The position numbers were made by a program, and so were the translations under genes. A stretch of DNA of 64,000 nucleotides. It comes from a virus. Under the pieces are notes generated by a model. It worked only from the letters and a program-made list of their open reading frames with translations, did not search any database and was not told the DNA's origin. Below, piece by piece: positions 47,130-56,258 of this stretch (its first letter is position 1; each line of letters starts with the position of its first letter). Location: the IMG/VR virus record IMGVR_UViG_3300013093_000022, positions 1 through 64,000 of that record; one strand, given 5' to 3'.

Positions 47130-47374
47130 CAGTTGCCGCCGTACGGTCCGCCGTAGGGTCCGTAGCTGTGGCCGCCCGGGCCCGAGTCGCCGGGCAGGGG
47201 GTAGGGCAGCAGGCCCGGGACCGGGCGGGGCATCCACGGCCCGCACATCGAGTGCGCGGCGTCGTAGTTGTTCCCGGCACCGCAGTACGGGTCGGCGTGG
47301 GCGTGGCCGGACGACACGGTCAGCGCGGCGAAAGCTCCGAGCGCCAACAGGAACAGGTGGATCCTCGTGGTCAT
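47129..47374 (-). CDS. putative secreted Pro/Gly/Tyr-rich protein
   Basis: signal peptide ending AHA-DP; Cys pair. Confidence 0.65.
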   Translation of the reverse strand: MTTRIHLFLLALGAFAALTVSSGHAHADPYCGAGNNYDAAHSMCGPWMPRPVPGLLPYPLPGDSGPGGHSYGPYGGPYGGN

Positions 47375-47631
47375 TTCTTGCCTCTCTTGGTTTTGTGACG
47401 AACCTTGAACTCCGTGGGCGGCCACCGCAGCCCCGACCTCCGGGCCTGCGATATGAGGTTGCGTACCGCCCGGACGTCGGACGGGGTGCCGGCCGCGATC
47501 ACGATCGGCCGGGTCGGGTCGGGCGGCACGAGCCGGATGTGCAGCTTCCCCGTCTGAGACACCGCCCAACCCTGTTCCCGGGCCGCCCTGATGACCTCCT
47601 CAAGGCCTTTCACGGCGGTCCCCCACGACAT
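47371..47631 (-). CDS. HicA-like toxin-fold protein
   Basis: GW.V..TGK.H.RL..P....I....TPSD.R...N.....RR.G. Confidence 0.65.
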   Translation of the reverse strand: MSWGTAVKGLEEVIRAAREQGWAVSQTGKLHIRLVPPDPTRPIVIAAGTPSDVRAVRNLISQARRSGLRWPPTEFKVRHKTKRGKK

Positions 47632-47713
47632 AGGGCCCAAAGTCGGGAACCAGGCGTCCCTCCAGGACTTCGTCCGCGAGCCGCTCGACCTCGCGCTGGA
47701 GCTCCGGAATCAT
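47600..47713 (-). CDS. small hypothetical protein
   Basis: AGGAGG RBS before MIPELQRE. Confidence 0.45.
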   Translation of the reverse strand: MIPELQREVERLADEVLEGRLVPDFGPYVVGDRRERP

Positions 47714-47749
47714 GCTTGCCTCCTGCGTAGTGGATGGTACAACCGCTCC

Positions 47750-47776
47750 AACGCAGGGGGTGCCCGGCTTATTCCC
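47750..47776 (-). promoter_or_regulatory. ECF-type promoter motif copy 11
   Basis: GGGAATAAgccgggcaccccctgcGTTGG; TAA ends 47769..48041. Confidence 0.8.
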
Positions 47777-48041
47777 GGTCGGGCTCCCACGGGTCGGGCT
47801 CCCGGTACTCCTGGTACAGGAACCTCGGGTTGTGGAACCGTGCGTTGCCGAGGTAGAAGTACTTGGCGTCGGGGTTCTCATTGAAGAACTTCTCAACCTC
47901 GGCGTTCACCGCTGCGTCCCCTGTCATGAAGGTGATGTTGACCGACCTCCGGTCGACGAGCCCCCGCCCGAGGGTGATGCCCCGGGCGTGCCTTACGAGT
48001 GGGGGAATCCCCATTAGTGCCAGCCCTAAGACAATCAGCAT
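47769..48041 (-). CDS. hypothetical membrane-anchored protein
   Basis: GAGAGGA RBS; hydrophobic N-terminus. Confidence 0.6.
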   Translation of the reverse strand: MLIVLGLALMGIPPLVRHARGITLGRGLVDRRSVNITFMTGDAAVNAEVEKFFNENPDAKYFYLGNARFHNPRFLYQEYREPDPWEPDRE

Positions 48042-48083
48042 AGTCCTCTCCGATCACTGTTGCGAGTACCGAGTGCCTGTGTC

Positions 48084-48110
48084 AACATAGGTGTGGGGTT
48101 TTTTATGCCC
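48084..48110 (-). promoter_or_regulatory. ECF-type promoter motif copy 12 (GGCAT variant)
   Basis: GGGCATAAAaaaccccacacctatGTTG (N18). Confidence 0.6.
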
Positions 48111-48154
48111 CGCCTGTGGTGGAAGAGTGAGAGAATATGGACAGGGAGCGAATC

Positions 48155-48283
48155 ATGGGAGACATCGGAACAAATCCCCGCCGGGTAGAGGTCATCCCGA
48201 TCACCAAGCCGGTCCGGCAACCCGCCCCGACCACCCCCGCCCGCCCGGTCCCGGAACCGGTTCGGGAACCCGCCCCCGTGTGA
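48155..48283 (+). CDS. 42-aa Pro-rich peptide, not in ORF track
   Basis: AGGGAG RBS; MGDIGTNPRRVEVIPITKPVRQPAPTTPARPVPEPVREPAPV; GTGA-coupled to next gene. Confidence 0.65.
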   Translation: MGDIGTNPRRVEVIPITKPVRQPAPTTPARPVPEPVREPAPV

Positions 48284-48774
48284 CCCTGGAGGTCGGGCGG
48301 CACGCTCTCCGGACCTTCGCGATGCGCCGGACCCCTGCCGCCCAGCGTTACCTGAGCTCGACGAACATCGTCGTTCCCGGACAGTACGCCTGGCTCAGGG
48401 ACGGGACGTGCCGGGCCCGGTGCCACACCTTCAGAGGGCCCCATGCGTCGCCGTCATTGGAGTGCTGCTGCGGCATCTACGGGTCTCTGTCTTTGGACAA
48501 CCTGGTCCGCCAGTACCCCTATGAGACGTCGAATCTGATCGCGGTCATCGCCGTCGAGGGCCAGACCATCATCGGCAGCCGGGGTCTGCGGACCGAGTGC
48601 GCCCGTGTCGTCGCCTGGTGGTCGAGGTGGGGCAAGTACCGCAGGCAGGCCAGGAGGCAGTTCGTCGGTGCCGACCAGTACCGGCACATCGACTCAATGC
48701 TGTACAGGTATGGCTTGCCGAGGGAGATCGACGAGCCCGAAGAGGAAGACGACCAGGGGAGGTATTGGGCGTGA
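48280..48774 (+). CDS. conserved hypothetical protein with PH..CxCGIYG motif
   Basis: paralog of 10731..11339; start reassigned to GTG 48280. Confidence 0.75.
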   Translation: MTLEVGRHALRTFAMRRTPAAQRYLSSTNIVVPGQYAWLRDGTCRARCHTFRGPHASPSLECCCGIYGSLSLDNLVRQYPYETSNLIAVIAVEGQTIIGSRGLRTECARVVAWWSRWGKYRRQARRQFVGADQYRHIDSMLYRYGLPREIDEPEEEDDQGRYWA

Positions 48775-49010
48775 CGGAAAAAGTTCGGCGCTTCTTGTGG
48801 AGCACGGGGATCGTCTTCACGTCGTGGCTCCAGAACCTGGCCTACTGCCTGGTCGCGTTCCTCTTCGGTGTCTTCACGATCACGCAGGCCGTCTTCTTCG
48901 TCGTCGTCGGCGGCGACTTCTCAGCGGCGGTCCCGATGGCGATGGGGATGTTCTTCGTGGTCTGGTACGGGTTCGGGGCGGTCGTCAGTTGGCGGCGCAG
49001 GGAGCTCTAG
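48771..49010 (+). CDS. membrane protein (about 2 TM helices)
   Basis: GGGGAGG RBS, GTGA overlap, hydrophobic segments. Confidence 0.7.
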   Translation: MTEKVRRFLWSTGIVFTSWLQNLAYCLVAFLFGVFTITQAVFFVVVGGDFSAAVPMAMGMFFVVWYGFGAVVSWRRREL

Positions 49011-52000
49011 CGCAGGTACCTCGGGGTCAGGGTCATCCCGTAGGCCCACGAGTCGGGGTTGTAGACCTGGACGTTCAGGCTGAACCTGTCAACGGGGGTC
49101 GAGCAGCTAACGCTCGCGTTGTCGGCGTACACCAAGGGTGTGACGTCGAAGTCGAAGGCGCTCGAGTCGCCCAGTTGCAGGAAGTACCGAATCCCGGCCA
49201 CGTTGCAGTACAGGTTTGACAGGTAGATCTCGTCGGCGGCGTCGCCGCTCGTCAGGAACTCCAGGGTGTAGACCTGGTCGAGTGTGCTGGGCAACTCAAA
49301 GAATTGGGTCTGGTAGGTGTACCAGTAGCCGACCAGGGGGGTGAAGGTCTCGGTGTGGACCGTGACCCCGTCCGACACACGTCGCAGCGTCAACGTGATC
49401 TGATTGTTGTTGCCGTTGGGCTTGTAGAAGACGCAGCCGAGTTGGCACAGCTCCTCGGCCATCATGTTCACCTGCTGGGTGACGAAGATACCGGCGTTTC
49501 CCGCACCGGCTGCCCTAGTGAAGTGTACGGCCCGGTTGCCCTGGAAGATCAGGTTCGGGTCGAGGGAGATGGACACCTCCCCTATCGGCTCGCCCCACTG
49601 GACGTTCGGGTCGTCCCACGCGCCGAACGTGTCGTTCCAGTTCCCCGACGGCAGGATGCTCGGGTAGGTGGTCACGTACGGGGCGAGTTGCAGGTTGTCG
49701 ATGTTGGTGTCGAGCGGGTCTAGCCGGGCCCACATGCTGTCGCTGTTCATCAGGCCGGAGTCGCTGACCTTGACGCCCATGTCCGAGAACTTGGTTGACG
49801 TGGTGTGGGTCGTCCCCAGCATCCCGACGATCCCCTCGGCCGGGGATATCTGCACGTTGTCGAAGTTGACCCTCCCGGTGCTCGCCTCGTTGGTGACGTT
49901 CAGCGACAGGGCCAGGTGGTCGACCCCCGAGTCGGGCACCGTGTAGCTGCCGACGAGCTTGACGAACGATCCGCTTGACTTCCGGTCGATGTTGACGACC
50001 GTGCCGTACCTGGTCAGGCTCCAGTTGCTGAAGCTGGACGCCGGGGTGTTGACCAGCTTGTAGGTCCCTTGGTCGTTGCCGGACAGGATCGTGCAGTTCT
50101 GGCCGACCGTCGCCCCCGACGGCATGCTGTTCCGGTCGGCGGCGGTGTAGTCCCCGGGGAACACGAACGGGAACGTGTCCGGGAGACCCCCGACGGCGAG
50201 ACCCTGCATCGAGAACTCAATCGGGACGCCCGACGCGGGGACGAACGAGAACGGGAAGGTCGCCTCGCCGAACACGTCGGTGCCGGTGAGGTTCTCGTAG
50301 GTGAGCCCGGTCATCGTGATCTCGGGCAGGATTTCCGACCCCACGACCTCGCCGATCTGGGCGGTCAGGGAGCCGCCGCCCGTGAGGGTGGTGTAGTAGC
50401 GGTCCAGGGTCCGGGTTTCCGCCCGGAGGCCGCCCTGGCCTCGGAGGGCGATGCAGTGGCGGGGGCCGGTCCTGATCTCGGCCCTCAAGGCCCCGCTGCC
50501 CCGCAGGGACGTGTAGACGTTTTCCTCGCCGAAGAAGAACGGAAAGGTCTCAGGGAAGTTGTCGCCGGGGAATGCCGCCGGGAGCGTGACCGGGAAGTCG
50601 TCGACCCGTCGGGAGCCCTGGCCGGAGCGCACACCGGCCGAGAGGAGGCCTCGGCCGCTGAAGGGCACTAGGTGTTGGCCGAGGGCCTCGGCGGCCGCTG
50701 AGAGGCGGCCCAGGCCCGGGAACGGAACCTGGTTCTGACCGAGGGCGCGGATCGCCGCCGACAACCGCCCCACGCCCGACACCCCTCCCCCGAAGCCGTT
50801 GCCCAGGACGATGTCCGACCACGACACCCAGGCCGAGACGATGACCTGGTCGCCGGGCTCGACCGGGACCGGATTCGACACCAAGCTCCCGGCGACCGCG
50901 CCGCACGTGTAGAGCGCCGAAGCCTGGCCGCTGGAGTAGCCCAGGCCGCCGGTCGGGCTCCACGACCAAGGGCCGGTCGCGGTCCATGAGTCAAGGTTGG
51001 AAAGGAACTTGGGGTTGGGAACCGGGTAGGGGCTCCCGGCGGTGGTGACCGGCCCGCTCGGGAGTTGGGTCAGGGTCGGCGAGCCGTCGCTGCGGGTTCC
51101 GTACGTGAAGGTCACCGGGTCGTACCGGTCGTACTTGAACTGCAGCGGGTCGCTCCCTGAGATGTAGTCGGTGACGTAGGCCGAGACGCCGTTCATCCCG
51201 GCGAAGTAGGCGACGGCGGCGGTCATGGTGAGCGTGTTCTGCTGGTAGCGGTGAACCACGTCGCCGGTGAACCGGACCCGGGTCGTGGTCGACGGGGGGC
51301 GGTACAGGATGGTGCCGACCGCGTTGCCGATCGCTTGGGCCTGCTGGCCGATGTAGCCGGCCGTGCCCTGGACGACGCCGAGGGTCCCTTGGACGTCGTT
51401 GGCGGCACCGGTGATGAAGTTCATGACCGAAGCGGGCATCTTGAAGTTCAGGCCCGGGAACAGCCACCAGTCCTGGCCGATCTGGGCGGTCACGTTGCTG
51501 GCGCTGGTGGTCGTCACCGGCGAGAACGCTTGGGCCACTTGGGTCGAGACCGCGCCCGTCGCGGGCTGCAGGGTCTGGCCGGGAGGCCCGGACGAGATGA
51601 CCGCCAGGTTCTGCCCGGCCAGCGACGAGGCGCTCGGCAGGGTCCGGTAGTAGATCGACGGCGACGAGGCCTCGGTCCGGTAGCTGGCCGACACGTTGGA
51701 CTGGGAGACGTTCGGCAGGGTGTTGACGACCGTGCCGGGGCCGGTCTGCACGACCACCGGCTGTTGGGTGACGCCGAAGTTGGCGTTGATCGCGTTCTGG
51801 ATCGTCTGCGGGTTGAACCAGTTCAGGCTGCCGCTGGTGACGGTGCTGACCAGGTCGGAGCCGATCGTGAGCAGCGTGCTGGCGGCCTCTTGGGCGACGC
51901 CGAGGATCCCCTCGGCGGGGGTCGTTGACTGCTGGGTGACGGTGATCGGGAACGAGTCGTAGGTGACCTGCACCCCTTGGTCGTACACCGGGTACGGCTC

Positions 52001-54901
52001 AGGGGTCAGGTTCGAGAACTCCATCTTCAGGTACGACGTCAAGATTTTCTGCGGCAGGAAGAGGTTGCCCTTCTCGGTGACGTAGTTCTCGTAGATGGGG
52101 GTCCAGACCTTGTTCTCGTACCATGACTCGCTGGTCCCGCCGATCGGCAGCGACTGGGAAGTCCAGTCGCACGCCAGGACCGCGTTGTCGAGCGTGGTCG
52201 AGGGGTAGACGCCGCTCGCGTTGGGCTGTACCGGGTTCGGGTTGCAGTAGATTTGAGGGCTGAGTTGGAACGACTGGTAGGCCGAGTCCCATGAGTCGAG
52301 CTTGACGATGAGGGCGGTCATCAGGCCCCGGAAGTTGGTGTACCCGGCCTCCCCGTCGAGGGTGACGACCGCCGGTGGCGGCGTTGTCGTGAAGGCCTGC
52401 TCGTTGAGCAGCAGTTGGTTGCTCTGGGTGGCCGACATGAACACGGCTCCCACGCCCGGGTCCCACCCGACCACGATCTGCAGCGGCCGGCCCTTGGTGA
52501 ACGCGGGGCTGGTCAGCGGCAGGTGGTAGGAGCTGGCCTCGGTGCCGTTCGTGAACTCCAAGGTCAGGCATTGGTCGCCGGTGTCGTAGTACAGGGTCGG
52601 CCAATGGGTGTCGCCGCCCGAGGTGACCGAGACCGATCCCCCGGCGACGATTGAGGAGATCAGGATTGACGGGTTGAGCCCGCCGGTCAGGTTCTTTCCC
52701 CGATCGGGGTTGGCCATGGCCGGGATGTCGGCCCCCGCTAGGTCTCCTTGGAAGGTCACGGTCCAGGGCCCCCCTTTCGGGCCCGAGACCGAGACGCTGT
52801 TCAAGCCTACCGACGACAGGGAGGACAGCGACTGTTGAACTTGGGCGGCCGTGGCGTCGTAGGGGATCGGTTGTGTTGTGCCGAAGCCCGTCTGTAGGGT
52901 GAACGTGCCCCCGGTCGGCGATCCCGATACCTCAACCGATTGGACGGCGTCTACGTTGACCGTGATCGGGGTGACCCCGAACAGGACCGGGTTGTAGGGG
53001 GGCGGGCCGCCCAGGTATTGGGCGATCGTCGGGTCGGGGTTGAAGTCGGGCGTCCACTCGATACCGACCCACACCGGCTTCTGGTTAAGTGGGCCCAACG
53101 ACACCGGGAACACCATCTCGCTGTATACGTTCTGGATCGGGACCGTTTCTGCATTCGAGGTGTCGAAAAGACCTTTGCCGAGGGTCCAGAAGGCGTTGAC
53201 CTGGCTGTCGGGGGGCAGGTTCACCGGGTTGATGATCAGCGTGCCCTGAGATTCGTCGTTGCTGTAGTACAGGTTCAGGGTGTTGCCGGTGTAGGTGGGG
53301 TCGATGTAGAGGGTGTCGATTATCTGGGGGTTGCCAACGACGTCCCGGGTGTCAAGGTATAGGGCCACCACCCCGTTCGGGTCGGGGCACGGGAAAGACT
53401 TCCAGAACGTCCCCGGGTCGCTGTCCAAGGCGTTGTTCGGCCCCCACGACTTCACGTACGAGGTGACGACGTTGCCCAGGGCGTCCTGCTGGTCGGGGAT
53501 CGCCATGACCGTGTCGTTGAGGCTGTAGACGTACCGTTGGATCAGCATCTCCTTGATGCCGACCACGAACGGCTGGCTGCCGACCTGGGGGTCGTAGTTC
53601 CGGGTGATACGAAGCTGGAGGGCGGTCGCCACCACCGGGTAGATGGCCGTGTCGTAGGTGAACCAGCTCCCGCTCGCCGAGTACGAGACCCTTATTGAGA
53701 CCGGGACGTCGCTGCCGTCGGTCAACTGGATCCAGTTGTTGTTCCGGTCCCGGTACCAAGCGGTGACCGTGCAGGGCACCCGCAGCACCCGAAAGCCCAG
53801 GTTCCCGATCGAGAGGGGCAGCTTGAAGTTGACCTGCAGCACCTCGGTGGGGTTGGTGTACTGGTAGGCCGACTGCCACGTCCCGCCGACACTGTTCAGG
53901 TAGTTCGCGGCGAGTTGGACGCTCGTCAGGTTCTGGGCCGACTCGTACGGGGGCTCGGTCTCGTACTGTGCGTGGGACTCCAGGCCGGGCAGCAGGGCCA
54001 CGTCCGATTCCAGGCCGGCCATGATCTGCAGGAAGGTCGAGAGCTCGGGAACCAGGGACGTGTTCCCGATCTGGGAGCCCAGGGCCGCTGAGATGTTGTC
54101 GAACCACGAGCCCAGGTCGCCGCCGTTGTAGCCGGAGAAGACCGAGTTGGCCATCAACTGGATCGCCGAGCCGAGCGCGTCGTCCCGGATGGAGGTCGCG
54201 GCGTCGCCCCCGTTGGCGAACTCCCACCAAAAGGACGGGGTGTCGGCGACCAGGTAGCTGCTCAGGATACCGTGTCCGCCCGGGTCCCTCTGGCCGGGTG
54301 CCACGGACCCCTGCTGCCGACATGGGTTGCCGAACATGGTCCCGGCCAGGAGTCGGGGGTTCTGGGGTTTGAGGTCGCCGGCCTGCAGCGAGTTCAGGAC
54401 CTGGGAGCAGACCGCAGCCCCCTGCGAGTAGCCGACCAGGACGAACTGGCCGCTGCCGTTGAGGATCGCCGACGTCAGCGCCTCGGCACCCTCTTGGATG
54501 GCGCTCCACACCGGGAATCCCGAGATGGGCCACACGACCTGCTGGACGTCGTAGACCGTGGGGTCCAAGAGGGAGCAGAGCTGCGCCACGACCCCGGTGT
54601 CGGGTGCCGGGTGGGGCGAGGTGCTGGCCGTGTTGAGCAGCTTCGCGGTCCCGTCGCAGACGAACACGGTGACCCGGGGAGGGTTGCCCTGCTGGAAGGC
54701 GGCGGGCTGTGAGAACCACTGGGTCGGGCCCCTCTGCTGCTGGACCTGGGGCGTGTTCAGGGCGCTTTGGTTGTCTCCGATGACCGACTTGATCAGGTTC
54801 ACGATCCCCAGCGGGATGCTGAAGTCGTACAGCAGGTTTGAGGCGGCGCTGGCCGCCGCGTTGCCGATCGTGACGAGGAGCTTGTTGAGTGCGCTGGTCA
54901 T
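49007..54901 (-). CDS. giant baseplate/minor tail protein with N-proximal cutinase/LysB-like alpha/beta hydrolase domain
   Basis: 1964 aa in baseplate operon; LVGYSQGA, MFGNPCRQ, GGDAA, SHAQY. Confidence 0.8.
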   Translation of the reverse strand: MTSALNKLLVTIGNAAASAASNLLYDFSIPLGIVNLIKSVIGDNQSALNTPQVQQQRGPTQWFSQPAAFQQGNPPRVTVFVCDGTAKLLNTASTSPHPAPDTGVVAQLCSLLDPTVYDVQQVVWPISGFPVWSAIQEGAEALTSAILNGSGQFVLVGYSQGAAVCSQVLNSLQAGDLKPQNPRLLAGTMFGNPCRQQGSVAPGQRDPGGHGILSSYLVADTPSFWWEFANGGDAATSIRDDALGSAIQLMANSVFSGYNGGDLGSWFDNISAALGSQIGNTSLVPELSTFLQIMAGLESDVALLPGLESHAQYETEPPYESAQNLTSVQLAANYLNSVGGTWQSAYQYTNPTEVLQVNFKLPLSIGNLGFRVLRVPCTVTAWYRDRNNNWIQLTDGSDVPVSIRVSYSASGSWFTYDTAIYPVVATALQLRITRNYDPQVGSQPFVVGIKEMLIQRYVYSLNDTVMAIPDQQDALGNVVTSYVKSWGPNNALDSDPGTFWKSFPCPDPNGVVALYLDTRDVVGNPQIIDTLYIDPTYTGNTLNLYYSNDESQGTLIINPVNLPPDSQVNAFWTLGKGLFDTSNAETVPIQNVYSEMVFPVSLGPLNQKPVWVGIEWTPDFNPDPTIAQYLGGPPPYNPVLFGVTPITVNVDAVQSVEVSGSPTGGTFTLQTGFGTTQPIPYDATAAQVQQSLSSLSSVGLNSVSVSGPKGGPWTVTFQGDLAGADIPAMANPDRGKNLTGGLNPSILISSIVAGGSVSVTSGGDTHWPTLYYDTGDQCLTLEFTNGTEASSYHLPLTSPAFTKGRPLQIVVGWDPGVGAVFMSATQSNQLLLNEQAFTTTPPPAVVTLDGEAGYTNFRGLMTALIVKLDSWDSAYQSFQLSPQIYCNPNPVQPNASGVYPSTTLDNAVLACDWTSQSLPIGGTSESWYENKVWTPIYENYVTEKGNLFLPQKILTSYLKMEFSNLTPEPYPVYDQGVQVTYDSFPITVTQQSTTPAEGILGVAQEAASTLLTIGSDLVSTVTSGSLNWFNPQTIQNAINANFGVTQQPVVVQTGPGTVVNTLPNVSQSNVSASYRTEASSPSIYYRTLPSASSLAGQNLAVISSGPPGQTLQPATGAVSTQVAQAFSPVTTTSASNVTAQIGQDWWLFPGLNFKMPASVMNFITGAANDVQGTLGVVQGTAGYIGQQAQAIGNAVGTILYRPPSTTTRVRFTGDVVHRYQQNTLTMTAAVAYFAGMNGVSAYVTDYISGSDPLQFKYDRYDPVTFTYGTRSDGSPTLTQLPSGPVTTAGSPYPVPNPKFLSNLDSWTATGPWSWSPTGGLGYSSGQASALYTCGAVAGSLVSNPVPVEPGDQVIVSAWVSWSDIVLGNGFGGGVSGVGRLSAAIRALGQNQVPFPGLGRLSAAAEALGQHLVPFSGRGLLSAGVRSGQGSRRVDDFPVTLPAAFPGDNFPETFPFFFGEENVYTSLRGSGALRAEIRTGPRHCIALRGQGGLRAETRTLDRYYTTLTGGGSLTAQIGEVVGSEILPEITMTGLTYENLTGTDVFGEATFPFSFVPASGVPIEFSMQGLAVGGLPDTFPFVFPGDYTAADRNSMPSGATVGQNCTILSGNDQGTYKLVNTPASSFSNWSLTRYGTVVNIDRKSSGSFVKLVGSYTVPDSGVDHLALSLNVTNEASTGRVNFDNVQISPAEGIVGMLGTTHTTSTKFSDMGVKVSDSGLMNSDSMWARLDPLDTNIDNLQLAPYVTTYPSILPSGNWNDTFGAWDDPNVQWGEPIGEVSISLDPNLIFQGNRAVHFTRAAGAGNAGIFVTQQVNMMAEELCQLGCVFYKPNGNNNQITLTLRRVSDGVTVHTETFTPLVGYWYTYQTQFFELPSTLDQVYTLEFLTSGDAADEIYLSNLYCNVAGIRYFLQLGDSSAFDFDVTPLVYADNASVSCSTPVDRFSLNVQVYNPDSWAYGMTLTPRYLR

Positions 54902-54908
54902 GTCCCGC

Positions 54909-56258
54909 CTAACTCCGGACGAAGCCGGAGGTCGACGTCCAGCCCTGGGTGCCCGACTCGGTGACCTGGCGGTTGAGGGTCGGCTGGGCGCTGACCGTCG
55001 AGTCCTTCCCGGGCGGGGAGTAGGCGACCGCGTACTCGGGCAGCCACACGATCTGGTTCTGGTTCGGGGCCGAGATCGGCAACTGGTACTGCCCTTGGTT
55101 GGCGTTGCCGCCCAGCGACTCGATGACGACGATCTGGGCGGCGACGTAGGCCGCCTGGCTGGGCCACGGGAAGCTGTACGGGGTGCCGTCCGAGTTGAGC
55201 GCGGGGGCGGTGGCCGGGTGCAGGCCGTACTTGCCGCCCGGGTAGTTGTCGGGGGAGTCGGCCAGCGCCCACGGGGTCCACGCGGTGAATTGGGCGCTCT
55301 CGGTGAACGAGGCGTAGTTCGGCTCCGACTTGACGGTCACCCCGTCCGTTTGGAGCCGGCCGTAGGTGACCGAGTCGATCGGGCTCCCGGCACCGCCGCC
55401 GACCAGGTAGTAGTAGCCGTACTGGGCGGTGATGTTGAGGCTGGCGTACGGGGCGAGGGTGGGGTCGCTCTGGGCGTCGAACAGCCACTGCTGGGTGGGC
55501 AGCAGGTCAATGGGAAGTTCCTGTGGCGGCGGGAGTTGGGACAGGACCGGGGTCGCGGTCACCATCTTCTCGACTTGGTAGTAGACCGAGTTCGATGCCG
55601 CGCTGTGGATGTGCACCGGCTCGAGGACGGCCAGCCCCTCGGTGCGGATCGTGACGACCGTCTCGACCGGCATGACCCGGGCCAGCATGTCCCGCAGCAG
55701 CTTGAACTCCTGCGGGGTGAGCGACGACTTGAGGGGCTGGACGACGACCTCGCTCCGCGACCCGGCCCGGCCCAGGTACTCGGTCAGCCCGTCGTCGAGG
55801 TAGGTGTAGACCTCGTACACGTTGCAGTCGCACGACACGGCCGCCTGGCAGATCATGCGGATCGACTCGCTGGTGCCGCCCAGGTTGCAGGCCTTCCAGA
55901 AGTCCTTGATCCGTGCCCGGTACCACGAGTCCTTGACCCGAACCTCGTCCCACTGGCTGCTGTTCAGCAGGTCGGTTGAGGTGTTGTACGGGTACGACTC
56001 GGAGGGGGAGCGGGGCAGGAAGCCGATGTTGCCGAAGAAGTAGTCCAGGTCGCTGCCGTAGGTGGTGGCCAGGTTCCCTTGGAGCTGGTTCAGGAAGGCC
56101 TGGTTCAGCAGGGCACCGGCACCGGTCGACCCGCACAGGGCGTCGACGATCTTGTAGATCAGCGATCCGGAAGACGTGTTGTACACCCCGGTGTCGAAGT
56201 CCTGCATCAGGTAGGCGGTGCTGTTCCCCACGATGTAGGGGAACGACGGGTTGGTCAC
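54909..56258 (-). CDS. baseplate wedge-like protein
   Basis: follows baseplate J; LDYFFG, D..YRARI...GGT. Confidence 0.7.
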   Translation of the reverse strand: MTNPSFPYIVGNSTAYLMQDFDTGVYNTSSGSLIYKIVDALCGSTGAGALLNQAFLNQLQGNLATTYGSDLDYFFGNIGFLPRSPSESYPYNTSTDLLNSSQWDEVRVKDSWYRARIKDFWKACNLGGTSESIRMICQAAVSCDCNVYEVYTYLDDGLTEYLGRAGSRSEVVVQPLKSSLTPQEFKLLRDMLARVMPVETVVTIRTEGLAVLEPVHIHSAASNSVYYQVEKMVTATPVLSQLPPPQELPIDLLPTQQWLFDAQSDPTLAPYASLNITAQYGYYYLVGGGAGSPIDSVTYGRLQTDGVTVKSEPNYASFTESAQFTAWTPWALADSPDNYPGGKYGLHPATAPALNSDGTPYSFPWPSQAAYVAAQIVVIESLGGNANQGQYQLPISAPNQNQIVWLPEYAVAYSPPGKDSTVSAQPTLNRQVTESGTQGWTSTSGFVRS

